From assembly GCA_002069885.1 (NCBI GenBank), contig MWCD01000001.1, forward strand, positions 2,770-66,769: a stretch of 64,000 nt of DNA, written 5' to 3'. The stretch is from a bacterium ADurb.Bin236. Its GTDB lineage: Bacteria; UBP15; UBA6099. Positions 39,885 through 48,717 of this stretch are shown piece by piece (positions within the stretch are counted from its first letter, which is position 1; every line of letters starts with the position of its first letter). The notes below the pieces were generated by a model. That model was not told the DNA's origin, did no database searches, and worked only from the letters and a program-made list of their open reading frames with translations. The position numbers were made by a program, and so were the translations under genes.

Positions 39885-39915
39885 AAACAGCTCAGAACCC
39901 TTTCATTCCAATTCG

Positions 39916-41709
39916 TCAATTTATAGTCACAGAAAACCGCAGGACATACGTGCCGCCTGCGCCGAGACTCGGCGTTTCACCGAGAGCGTTGTTGGAACCC
40001 GAGTCGTAAGTCGCGCCGTCGCCGTCGCTTGCATCCGTCCGGGAAACAAGCGTTCCCGTAGTGGCGCCCGTGTACAGACTGCCCGGCACGTATGTCGTGT
40101 GCAGCGGGATGTGATCGGTTATAACTACTACCGTGGCCACTCCTGTGCCGGAATTGGTTGCAGTTATCGTGTAGGTGAGAGTCGTTCCGGGAGGCTGAGT
40201 TCCGGTAGGGCTGACCGATTTGGTAAGCGTGACAACCGGCGCTGTGACCGTGGTGGTGAAGGTAAGGATGTCGCTCTTCGAGGTGTCAACCGAAGACTTC
40301 CCGGTCACGGCAAGGGTATCGATGCTCTGGTCCGAGGCGCCGGCGGGTATCGTAACTACTGCCAGCACAGAGATGGTCCCATTCTGCGCCAGCGTGCCGG
40401 TATCGACTTTGCCGTCGGCATCCGTGTCCGTCAGCAGATAATCTCCGTCGTTGCCGGATATGCCGTCGTTGTTCATATCCGCCCAGAACACCCATGTCCA
40501 GCCTTGGCTGGACGTGTAAGTCAAGTCGATCACGTCGTTGGAGTTTGTGTAGTTGTGGACTGTGAAAGGGTAGGTGATTTTGTCGCTCGGATCGCCTGAA
40601 AGCGCTGTTATGGTGACGGTCAGGTCAACCGAAGCGAGCGCGCCCACGAATAACGTTCTGCCGTTCGAGTATGTGGTTACATTGTTCGGCCCGGAAACGT
40701 ATGCGACGGACGCCTGATTCGTGATGGTCGAGTTATATGCCACGCCGCTGTTCACCGTGGCCTGAAATGTCACCGCCTTGGTTGAACCGGCATTGATTGT
40801 TCCCACAGTTACCGTCACCGCGCCTCCGGTTGTCCCGTTGTAATCCGAGCCGTCGTCGCCGGTGGCGTCCGTTTTCGTGGTTCCGTCTAATGTTATGCTG
40901 CCCGGCACGTACGTGACGCCCGTCGGGACGACGTCGGTCATTACAACCGAAGTTCCCGCCGACGACCCGGTGTTCGACATGGTGATCGTGTATGTCACGG
41001 TGTCGCCGGGCGCGGGGGATTCAGGCGAGTGGGTCTTAGCGGCATTAATCACCGCCGCGGCGACTGTCGTGGTGTACAGACCCGTGGTTGTCTGCCCGGG
41101 GTCGAACTGCGAAGTCGCCGTTATGGTAATGGTGTTGCTCGTGCCGTCCGTGGCGGCGCCGGACGCCGGAATCGTCACAAACATAAAAACGTCGTAATCG
41201 TCGTCCGCAACGACTGTTCCGGTTGTGTATTTTCCGGCGACGGCGGTCATCAGCGTGTCCGTCCCGGCATCGTAAGTATGGTTATTGTTAATATCGTAAT
41301 AGAATGTGATCGAAGACGGTGTCCACGCGCCCCCGACTGCATACGTGAAGTCGAACTTGTCGCTTCCGTTTCCGTCATTGAATATCTGAAAAAAATGCAT
41401 GATCGTAGTGTTGTTGGCGCCTGCCATGGTCCCGGACGGAGGGACTAACGAGACTGCTGCCACCTGACTTACCGTAGTTGTGACGGTGTTCGAGTAAACG
41501 CGCGTCATCGAGTTGTTGTTGGCGTCCTTGTAGTCAACGTACGCTTGATTCGAGATGATGGTGCCGGATGCCGTCCCGACCGCGTACAGTTTCGCCGCGG
41601 CCGCGACTATCCCCGCCGCCGCGAGCAGGAACAGCAGCGCCTCTAAAAACCGTTTCTTTTTTCCGTTTCTTATTTTCGTTGCATTTCTCATTACAGAGCC
41701 CCCTTTCAA
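39916..41709 (-). CDS. secreted DUF11-repeat protein (597 aa)
   Basis: Signal peptide-like N-terminus. Repeated TYTITxxNTG / DxxDxDG blocks. Confidence 0.7.
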   Translation of the reverse strand: MKGGSVMRNATKIRNGKKKRFLEALLFLLAAAGIVAAAAKLYAVGTASGTIISNQAYVDYKDANNNSMTRVYSNTVTTTVSQVAAVSLVPPSGTMAGANNTTIMHFFQIFNDGNGSDKFDFTYAVGGAWTPSSITFYYDINNNHTYDAGTDTLMTAVAGKYTTGTVVADDDYDVFMFVTIPASGAATDGTSNTITITATSQFDPGQTTTGLYTTTVAAAVINAAKTHSPESPAPGDTVTYTITMSNTGSSAGTSVVMTDVVPTGVTYVPGSITLDGTTKTDATGDDGSDYNGTTGGAVTVTVGTINAGSTKAVTFQATVNSGVAYNSTITNQASVAYVSGPNNVTTYSNGRTLFVGALASVDLTVTITALSGDPSDKITYPFTVHNYTNSNDVIDLTYTSSQGWTWVFWADMNNDGISGNDGDYLLTDTDADGKVDTGTLAQNGTISVLAVVTIPAGASDQSIDTLAVTGKSSVDTSKSDILTFTTTVTAPVVTLTKSVSPTGTQPPGTTLTYTITATNSGTGVATVVVITDHIPLHTTYVPGSLYTGATTGTLVSRTDASDGDGATYDSGSNNALGETPSLGAGGTYVLRFSVTIN

Positions 41710-41713
41710 GGAC

Positions 41714-42241
41714 TTACTTTACTTTTACTTTAAAACTGACCTTGCCCGACTTTCCCGGCTCCACCGTTTTGGCAATCAGCCACTTGATGTGGGTGTACAT
41801 ATCCGCCGGGGCTTCTTTCTCTTCGCTTTTTCCATCGGGTTTTTCCTCTATATATTTAATCGGAGGTTTCTGGAACACCCGCCCTCCGTCTATACTGAAT
41901 CCAATCTCCGTGTCTTTTCCATCAGCGCTGCCGATTATGTAAACCGTACCCTTCGGGACTGGGTCCACCACGGAGATGTCCTTCAACGGCGCTTTTCCTT
42001 CATTGGTGTAGGTTATGGCATAAACCAGAACGTCGCCGCGTTCAGCGTTGTCCGCAGGCTTCAGTTCCGTAACTTTCTTTCCGTTCTTCTCGACAATGGA
42101 TACAAGGTTTGCTTTGATTTCGAGCTTCAGAGGCTGTTTTAGCGATTTGCCTTTTTCCTGCGCCACCGCGGACCGCGCCGCGAACGCCGCCATCAGAAGA
42201 ACCACGACAATGCAAGCTGTTCTGATCTTGTAATTTTTCAT
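41714..42241 (-). CDS. small secreted single-DUF11-domain protein (175 aa)
   Basis: Signal peptide MKNYKIRTACIVVVLLMAAFAARSAVAQE, then DVLVYAITYTNEGKAPLKDISVVDPVP. Confidence 0.7.
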   Translation of the reverse strand: MKNYKIRTACIVVVLLMAAFAARSAVAQEKGKSLKQPLKLEIKANLVSIVEKNGKKVTELKPADNAERGDVLVYAITYTNEGKAPLKDISVVDPVPKGTVYIIGSADGKDTEIGFSIDGGRVFQKPPIKYIEEKPDGKSEEKEAPADMYTHIKWLIAKTVEPGKSGKVSFKVKVK

Positions 42242-42254
42242 GATATGTTTCCTT

Positions 42255-44015
42255 TCAATTCACGGACACCGTGAAGCAGACAATCCCCTCGTCCGTCCCT
42301 GAATTAGGAACGGAGTCGTTAGCGGAAACGTTGCCGATTTTGAAAATGATGTTGGAGCCGCTGAGTTCAGCTTCGTCGCCGTCCACGGCGTCTGTTTTAG
42401 CAGTAGCCGTAGCGCAAGTGGCGGCGGCGCCGCCGATCTTGAGGCTGTTTACGCTATATATTGCTCCCGTCGGTATTGAGTCGGTGATCTGAACCACGCT
42501 CGCCGCCGCGCCTCCAATATTTTGATACCTGACCGTGTATGTTATCGTCGCCCCGGGCAGCACGGTGGCTGTTGACGTCGTTTTGGTCAGTGTGATCTGG
42601 GGCGCGGTGACAACAACAGGCGCGGTGTGGCCCGTGGTTGCCGTGGTGAAGTTTGCGCCGGACACCGTCGCGGTATTGTAGGCCGTCGTGTTCGGCCCGC
42701 CGACTTTCGCCTTGAATATAAGCGTCACTGTTCCATTCACGATCCCTACTTTTTTCGGAACTGTCCAGCTACCGCTCCAAGTCTGGTTCTGCCCGTTTAT
42801 CGTCGGATTTGAAGTAGTCAGTCCGGATGTGTTTCCCGTTATGTAAGTGAATCCGTTCGGAAGAGTATCAGTGATATTGGAAATCCAGCCGTCGCCCGGC
42901 CCGCTGTTGGTGACTGTGATTGTGTATGTGGCGGTTGCGCCCGAAACCGCTGATCCGACATCGACTACTTTTGCGATCGTTATCGTAGGGCCGTATATCT
43001 GAAGCGTATCGGTTCGCGTCTGATTCATAAGCCCGCCGGCGCTTATTTGATCGTGGTATGTCACTGTAACCGTCTCGGAAGGCATGACCTCGAGGATATT
43101 GTTCCCAAGTATCGGTATGGAGGAGGAAGTAGTGGCCGACCCGGTGAATATTCCGGTGTTCGCTCCTGTTTCCGTGAGAGTAATAGCCAGCGTATCTCCC
43201 GTCTGGGTCGTCAGGGTGACGGTTACCGTCTGCGTTGTTGCGGTGTCAACATTAATGTCCGAGTCGTTCACGCGAACGTATAGCGAAGCGCCGGAGTCTG
43301 CCATAGTAACATCGCCGTTCCCCGCAGCGTCCGCCACAAACATCACGGCGCCTGTGGTCGGCGTTGTGCCGACCAGCTTAACAGGGTCGGAAACCGCCGT
43401 GTATAGATCCGATCCGGCCACGAGGTCCGCAGAAAGAACTACTCCGTTGCTCGAGGACCCGAACCACAGCCTTATGGGAGAATTGTCATTAATCCCGGTC
43501 GCCGTTTTGAATGTGCTGTATGGGAATCTCCAATCGACGAAGTAATCCTGATTTCCGTTTATTGTCGTATCAGCGGCGGTGATTACGATATTACCTGAAA
43601 CCGTAATGGTCGAAACGCTGGTCTCCGGGCCATCGTTTGGGCTTCCCATCGTTCCCTGCGTCGAATTCTGCCACAGGACTATGGTTTCGGGATTTCCGAT
43701 TCCGTCAACCATTATAGACCATTCATAATCTCCCGCGTTGTTGTTTGAATCGATCAGCACTCCCCAGCCGAATGAAGCAAGCAGCCCTTGTCCGCCGGAG
43801 CCTGCAGGGTTGGAGTCTAACCTGAGCCGGAAATACATATAATTGCCGTCGTTGTAAATGAAAGCCGCATCGTGCGCGGGCGAGGATACTATATTTCTCG
43901 AACCGTTAGCATCAGTGAGGGAATCCTGAAGCAGGTCGCCATTTTTGAATACCGGAATCCACTGCGCAGTCGTCGGCCATGCCTCAACCTTCGTTGCCTG
44001 CAGCAAAGCCGACAA
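42255..44015 (-). CDS. DUF11-repeat surface protein (586 aa as called). The true start is probably upstream, up to about 44063.
   Basis: DUF11 blocks (ATYTITVTNSGPGDG, ITYTVRYQNIGGAAAS). An in-frame upstream extension encodes a textbook signal peptide (SKKHTIQIFFISIIALSALLQA|TKVEA) but no ATG/GTG/TTG precedes it. Confidence 0.65.
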   Translation of the reverse strand: MSALLQATKVEAWPTTAQWIPVFKNGDLLQDSLTDANGSRNIVSSPAHDAAFIYNDGNYMYFRLRLDSNPAGSGGQGLLASFGWGVLIDSNNNAGDYEWSIMVDGIGNPETIVLWQNSTQGTMGSPNDGPETSVSTITVSGNIVITAADTTINGNQDYFVDWRFPYSTFKTATGINDNSPIRLWFGSSSNGVVLSADLVAGSDLYTAVSDPVKLVGTTPTTGAVMFVADAAGNGDVTMADSGASLYVRVNDSDINVDTATTQTVTVTLTTQTGDTLAITLTETGANTGIFTGSATTSSSIPILGNNILEVMPSETVTVTYHDQISAGGLMNQTRTDTLQIYGPTITIAKVVDVGSAVSGATATYTITVTNSGPGDGWISNITDTLPNGFTYITGNTSGLTTSNPTINGQNQTWSGSWTVPKKVGIVNGTVTLIFKAKVGGPNTTAYNTATVSGANFTTATTGHTAPVVVTAPQITLTKTTSTATVLPGATITYTVRYQNIGGAAASVVQITDSIPTGAIYSVNSLKIGGAAATCATATAKTDAVDGDEAELSGSNIIFKIGNVSANDSVPNSGTDEGIVCFTVSVN

Positions 44016-44249
44016 GGCTATAATTGAAATAAAAAAAATTTGTATTGTATGTTTTTTTGAAATATTAAATTCCTCTCATTTTAATATATATATCACAAAA
44101 CAATCTCATTATGACAAGCTTGTTAAAAAAATATCTTAATAATTAATAATTGAAGTTTTCACCCGCGCAGGATAATAATTCGAAGATGACTATCTCAAAT
44201 GGTTTGAGGGGCGCGGCGAACAGTGAGCAGTTGGAGATGACCATGCGCC

Positions 44250-44581
44250 TTGTTCAAAGTCAGCGCAAATGAGAATCCTAGGCGATAGAAAACAAATAAT
44301 AGATTCGGGTAGTGAGTCAAGGGGCTGGCTTTGCGATGCTGAAGGTGGTATTAAAGGAGCTTGGCATTGCAGAGATAAATGTTTTAAAAAAGATTAAGAA
44401 GCCAATTCCATGTGAGCCGAAAATCCTTAAATGTGCGCAAGATTTGTGCTAGGGTTTTTATGAATTTGCAGAAGCAATTAAAATTGGCTAAAATCCAAAA
44501 TCGCTCTTATTTACTGGGCGTTTTCTATGCCGAAGAAGGGAATCGAACCCCCACGAGGAGTGATCCTCGGCAGATTTTGAG
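44250..44581. repeat. 332-bp direct repeat (partner of 32703-33033) lying 3' of, and overlapping, the intact tRNA-Leu
   Basis: Same comparison as for 32703-33033. Contains a TTGCAG-N17-TAAAAT promoter-like motif at 44466-44494 on the plus strand. Confidence 0.85.
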
Positions 44582-44613
44582 TCTGCTGCGTCTACCTGTT
44601 CCGCCACTTCGGC
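44528..44613 (-). tRNA. tRNA-Leu (anticodon CAA), class II with long variable arm. CCA not encoded.
   Basis: Reverse complement folds by hand as GCCGAAG / D-arm GCG-GAACAGGTAGA-CGC / anticodon stem GCAGA, loop CTCAAAA (CAA) / variable arm CGAGGATCACTCCTCGT / T-arm GGGGG-TTCGATT-CCCTT with two G-U pairs / CTTCGGC plus discriminator A. Confidence 0.8.
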
Positions 44614-44695
44614 TCGCGTATGAATTTTACTTCTTTTGCGCCGCTTTTCAAGGTCTTCTTGTGTTTTTAATCCCGAATCCTGACGGAGCCGGGTT

Positions 44696-45409
44696 TCATC
44701 TGGAAGAAAGGCATTGACCGAGGTCTGAGACGCCGTCCTGATGGAAGACGCATTCCTTATGCCTGTCTTCAGCTTTCTGCTCGCAGTCGTATCCGGCGTG
44801 TTTTTCGAGTTGTTCGAGTCTTCGCAACACGCACTGAAGCACCATCGTGTCAGGGTCGGGAAGGATTTCACCGGCGGGGCCGACGGCGCGAAGTCTTTCG
44901 CTGGCGATAATTCTGCCGGGGATGCCGACTACGGTGCTGCCGGGCGGAACGGGTTTTACGACAACCGCGCCGGAGCCGACGAGGGAGCCTTCGCCGATTG
45001 TTATGGGGCCAAGCACTTTGGCTCCCGCTCCTATCACCACGTTTTTCTCGATGGTCGGGTGGCGCTTGCCTCGTTCGAGGGACACTCCTCCTAGGCTTAC
45101 CCCCTGATATATAAGAACGCCGTCGCCGATTTCAGCGGTTTCGCCGATGACGACGCCCATGCCGTGGTCGATTACGACTCCCCGGCCCAGCTTCGCGCCG
45201 GGATGTATTTCCACTCCTGTGAAGAATCTGGCGATGTGGGAGATGAGACGCGGTAGCAGGGGCACATTCATTCCGTGCAGGAAATGGGCGACTCTGTGCG
45301 CTACCAACGCGTGAAGTCCGGGATAGCACAACAGGACTTCCAGCGTTCCGCGCGCGGCGGGATCCTTTTCAAATATTGCTTTGACATCTTCTCTGAGCCT
45401 CTTAAACAA
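44696..45409 (-). CDS. cysE: serine O-acetyltransferase
   Basis: SATase N-terminal helix domain ([24 protein letters not shown]), then LbH repeats with [38 protein letters not shown]. Confidence 0.85.
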   Translation of the reverse strand: MFKRLREDVKAIFEKDPAARGTLEVLLCYPGLHALVAHRVAHFLHGMNVPLLPRLISHIARFFTGVEIHPGAKLGRGVVIDHGMGVVIGETAEIGDGVLIYQGVSLGGVSLERGKRHPTIEKNVVIGAGAKVLGPITIGEGSLVGSGAVVVKPVPPGSTVVGIPGRIIASERLRAVGPAGEILPDPDTMVLQCVLRRLEQLEKHAGYDCEQKAEDRHKECVFHQDGVSDLGQCLSSR

Positions 45410-45448
45410 TGTTTCCTCCCGAGGGCGAGAAGAGTCGAACGCCCGCCC

Positions 45449-46384
45449 TCATGCTTCGATACCGGCGAAAAGATCCGTCGACATATATCTTTCTCCGAAA
45501 CTGGGGAAAATTACAACAATAAGTTTGCCCGCGTTTTCGGGTTTTGACGCCACTTCCAAGGCGGCGGTCGCCGCCGCGCCTGCGGATATCCCCACGAAAA
45601 TGCCTTCCTCGCGCGCCAGCCGTCTCGACATAGCCATCGCGCTGTCATTTGACACCTTGACGATTTCGTCAATGAGACCTGTTTTGAGCACATCCGGAAT
45701 GAAGCCTGCTCCGATGCCCTGTATTTTGTGAGGTCCGGGCTGCCCGCCTGACAAAACAGGGGAGGCCTCCGGCTCGACGGCGACAGTGCGGAATGAAGGT
45801 TTCTTGGACTTGATGACTTCGGATATGCCGGTTAGAGTTCCCCCGGTTCCGACGCCGCTGACAAGAATGTCCGCTCGGCCTTCAGTGTCTTCCCATATCT
45901 CAAGAGCGGTGGTCTCGCGATGAATTTTCGGGTTCGCCGAGTTCTTGAACTGCTGGGGCATGTAAGCGTCGGGAGTCTGGGATAATATCTCCTCGGCTTT
46001 TTCTATAGCGCCTTTCATTCCTTTCGGGCCGGGAGTCAGGACTAGTTCGGCGCCGAGGAATCTTAGAAGCTTGCGTCGCTCTACGCTCATCGTCTCCGGC
46101 ATGGTCAGAATGCATCTGTAACCTTTGACGGCGGCCACGAAGGCTAAGGCGATGCCGGTGTTGCCGCTTGTCGGTTCGACAATTACCGAGCCGGTCTTTA
46201 TAGCTCCAGCAGCCTCCGCTTCTTCAATCATGCTCAGCCCGATCCTGTCTTTGACACTCGCCATCGGATTCATAGATTCAAGCTTGGCGACAACTTCTGC
46301 GTTCAGGCCGGCTGTCACCTTGTTCAGTCTCACCAACGGCGTTTTACCTATAATTTTCGTGATGTCATCATAAATTCCCGGCAT
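45449..46384 (-). CDS. cysK: cysteine synthase A (O-acetylserine sulfhydrylase)
   Basis: [12 protein letters not shown]...[11 protein letters not shown] (PLP lysine) and [12 protein letters not shown]. Start taken at ATG 46382-46384 (MPGIYDD, GGAGG RBS) rather than the 11-aa longer ORF. Confidence 0.85.
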   Translation of the reverse strand: MPGIYDDITKIIGKTPLVRLNKVTAGLNAEVVAKLESMNPMASVKDRIGLSMIEEAEAAGAIKTGSVIVEPTSGNTGIALAFVAAVKGYRCILTMPETMSVERRKLLRFLGAELVLTPGPKGMKGAIEKAEEILSQTPDAYMPQQFKNSANPKIHRETTALEIWEDTEGRADILVSGVGTGGTLTGISEVIKSKKPSFRTVAVEPEASPVLSGGQPGPHKIQGIGAGFIPDVLKTGLIDEIVKVSNDSAMAMSRRLAREEGIFVGISAGAAATAALEVASKPENAGKLIVVIFPSFGERYMSTDLFAGIEA

Positions 46385-46632
46385 TTTTATTCCTCCCGAA
46401 TCGGTCATTTCGACCATTTAGATTCAGGCGTCGACAGAGAAAAAACGTCAAAGCCTACCCAATATTAACAATCTCTATCGACTTTGTCAAGATTAAAAAC
46501 CCTAACTTTTTTTTATCGATGAATAAACAGAATAGAAGGGAAAAATGTTCCGACATGAATGTCATTAAAAATTGAACTAATAATGACTGGAAATGTCTAA
46601 AAAATGGTGGATAATATATTAGAGGTAAAAAA

Positions 46633-47277
46633 ATGGACAACGAAGAACGCGGAATCGAAGAACCGGAAGGGCTTTCGGCGGAGGGGATGCAAGCGAGCGC
46701 AGAGAGCGCCTCTGTTGAACCTCCTAAAAAGTATTCGGCTGTAGCGAAGGAACTGTACGACTGGGTAAAATCCATAGCTATAGCGCTTGTGATAGCCTTG
46801 GTTTTCAAAGCGACGATAATGCAGTCTTACGCAGTACCGACGGGGTCGATGATACCGACGGTGATGCCGAACGACAGGTTTTTCGGGAGCAGGATAACTT
46901 TAAAATTCAGAGAGCCAGTGAGAGGGGAAGTAATAACGTTCAAGCCGCCTGAGGCGATCCCCAATCCGGAAAGAGACAGATTCGGCAAACCTATCCCGCT
47001 GATGAAGAGGATAATAGCGGTCGAAGGCGACGAGGTGTATGTGAAGCAAGGCGCGGTGTATGTGAACGGGGTAAAGATGAGAGAGCCGTATATAGCAGAG
47101 CCGCCGATGTACGATATGCCCGCCGTCAAGGTTCCGGAGGGGATGCTGTTTGTTCTCGGAGACAATCGAAACAACAGCTACGACAGCCATGCATGGGGTT
47201 TTTTACAGAAAAAAAATGTCGATTCGATAATTTTTATGAGATATTGGCCGATTGTCAGAGCCGGTCTTGTTAAGTGA
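46633..47277 (+). CDS. lepB: signal peptidase I
   Basis: TM helix, VPTGSMIPTV (catalytic Ser box) and VLGDNRNNSYDSHAWG box. Confidence 0.85.
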   Translation: MDNEERGIEEPEGLSAEGMQASAESASVEPPKKYSAVAKELYDWVKSIAIALVIALVFKATIMQSYAVPTGSMIPTVMPNDRFFGSRITLKFREPVRGEVITFKPPEAIPNPERDRFGKPIPLMKRIIAVEGDEVYVKQGAVYVNGVKMREPYIAEPPMYDMPAVKVPEGMLFVLGDNRNNSYDSHAWGFLQKKNVDSIIFMRYWPIVRAGLVK

Positions 47278-47464
47278 TTTGAAAGTATTCGGTATTTTGC
47301 TGGATTTGGCGGCTCTGAAAATATACTTCCGCCCTCAATTCGTTTAATAGACAACTGTTCCCAATTCTGGTATCGTACTACAGAACACGCGGAAAATGGC
47401 CGAATCGCCGTCCGCGAGGAACTGCCGTCTCAGGTTCCTTATACTATTATTCGTGAGGTGGTGA

Positions 47465-48613
47465 ATGATACCGAGGAAGCTTTTTAGCGAGGAACACAAG
47501 ATTTTCAGGGACGCCTTCAGGAAATTTCTGGAGAAAGAAGTTGTTCCTTATCACGAAGAATGGGAAAAGGCGGGACAGGTTCCTGCTGAGGCATGGCGCA
47601 AGGCGGGCGAGAATGGTTTTCTATGCCCGTGGGTTTCGGAAGAACTGGGCGGTTCCGGGGTGGACTTCCTGTATTCGGCGATAATCATCGAAGAGTGCTC
47701 TTACGCCAGAGTGTCGGGGTTCCTGCTCGGCCTTCACTCGGATGTCGTGGTTCCCTACATTGGGGCATTTGGGAACGCGGAGCAGAAGAAGAGATGGCTG
47801 CCGGGCTGCGTGACCGGCGAAACGATTACGGCGGTGGCCATGACGGAGCCGGGAGCGGGATCTGACCTCGCCTCTATAACCACGACGGCTGTAAAAGACG
47901 GCGACCACTATGTGATCAACGGACAGAAGACATTTATTTCCAACGGACTGATATCGAATCTGGTCATAGTGGCCGCGAAGACGAACACGAAAGCCGATCC
48001 GCCGCACACGGGGATATCGCTCATAGTGGTGGAGGAGGGCGCGCCGGGTTTCGTTCGCGGTCGCAGGCTTGATAAAATGGGGATGAAAGCGCAGGACACG
48101 GCGGAGATGTATTTCGAGGACTGCCGCGTTCCGTGCTCGAACCTGCTGGGCAGCGAGGGTCTCGGCTTTATTTATATGATGCAAAAGCTCCAGCAGGAGC
48201 GGCTTGTATGCGCCATCGGCTCTCAGGCCGCCGCAGAGCAGATGCTCAAAGACGCGGTCAAGTACACCAAAGAGCGCGTCGCCTTCGGCAGGCCGATATC
48301 GAAATTCCAGAACACCAGATTCAAGCTGGCCGAGATGGCGACGGAGATAGAGATTGGCCGCGCTTTCGTAGACAGGCTCATCGAGAGCCATGTGGCCGGC
48401 AAAGACGTCGTGACCGAAACCTGCATGGCCAAGTGGTGGGTAACCGAGATGGCCAAAAGGACGGCGGACACTGCTCTTCAACTGTACGGCGGGTACGGAT
48501 ACATGCTCGAATATCCGATATGCAAAGACTACATGGACATCCGGGTGCAGACTATCTTCGCCGGGACGACAGAGATAATGAAGGAAATCATCGGCAGAAG
48601 AATGGGCCTGTGA
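47465..48613 (+). CDS. acyl-CoA dehydrogenase
   Basis: Full ACAD architecture: N-terminal alpha domain, middle beta domain with TEPGAGSD, C-terminal QLYGGYGY catalytic region. Confidence 0.85.
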   Translation: MIPRKLFSEEHKIFRDAFRKFLEKEVVPYHEEWEKAGQVPAEAWRKAGENGFLCPWVSEELGGSGVDFLYSAIIIEECSYARVSGFLLGLHSDVVVPYIGAFGNAEQKKRWLPGCVTGETITAVAMTEPGAGSDLASITTTAVKDGDHYVINGQKTFISNGLISNLVIVAAKTNTKADPPHTGISLIVVEEGAPGFVRGRRLDKMGMKAQDTAEMYFEDCRVPCSNLLGSEGLGFIYMMQKLQQERLVCAIGSQAAAEQMLKDAVKYTKERVAFGRPISKFQNTRFKLAEMATEIEIGRAFVDRLIESHVAGKDVVTETCMAKWWVTEMAKRTADTALQLYGGYGYMLEYPICKDYMDIRVQTIFAGTTEIMKEIIGRRMGL

Positions 48614-48717
48614 AGTTCCAGCGGCATTGATTGAAATGAAAATTCACAGACGCGCTCGCGGCGCGGCATGCGTCGCCGCGCATCCCGCGAGGACAGCGTC
48701 TTTCGGAGGGTTATATA

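Larger units (their letters stand above)
33034..44527. mobile_element. putative integrase-less tRNA-Leu-associated island B (about 11.5 kb) carrying the DUF11 surface-protein operon
   Basis: Lies between the intact tRNA-Leu and the first 3'-half copy. Its distal end block is homologous to that of island A. No recombinase gene. Confidence 0.35.

Noticed and set aside
13011-44527. Search for an integrase, excisionase, transposase or relaxase gene that would make the att-bounded segments autonomous mobile elements
   Set aside because: No ORF in the window shows tyrosine-recombinase (R..HxxR..Y), serine-recombinase or DDE motifs. The islands are therefore reported as integrase-less or CIME-like rather than as prophage or ICE.
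12957-44613. Possibility that the repeated units form a CRISPR array or a tRNA gene array
   Set aside because: The repeats are 54 nt, lie 11-20 kb apart and are 3' halves of a single tRNA. The spacing and content are incompatible with CRISPR. Only one copy (44528-44613) has the 5' half needed for a functional tRNA.
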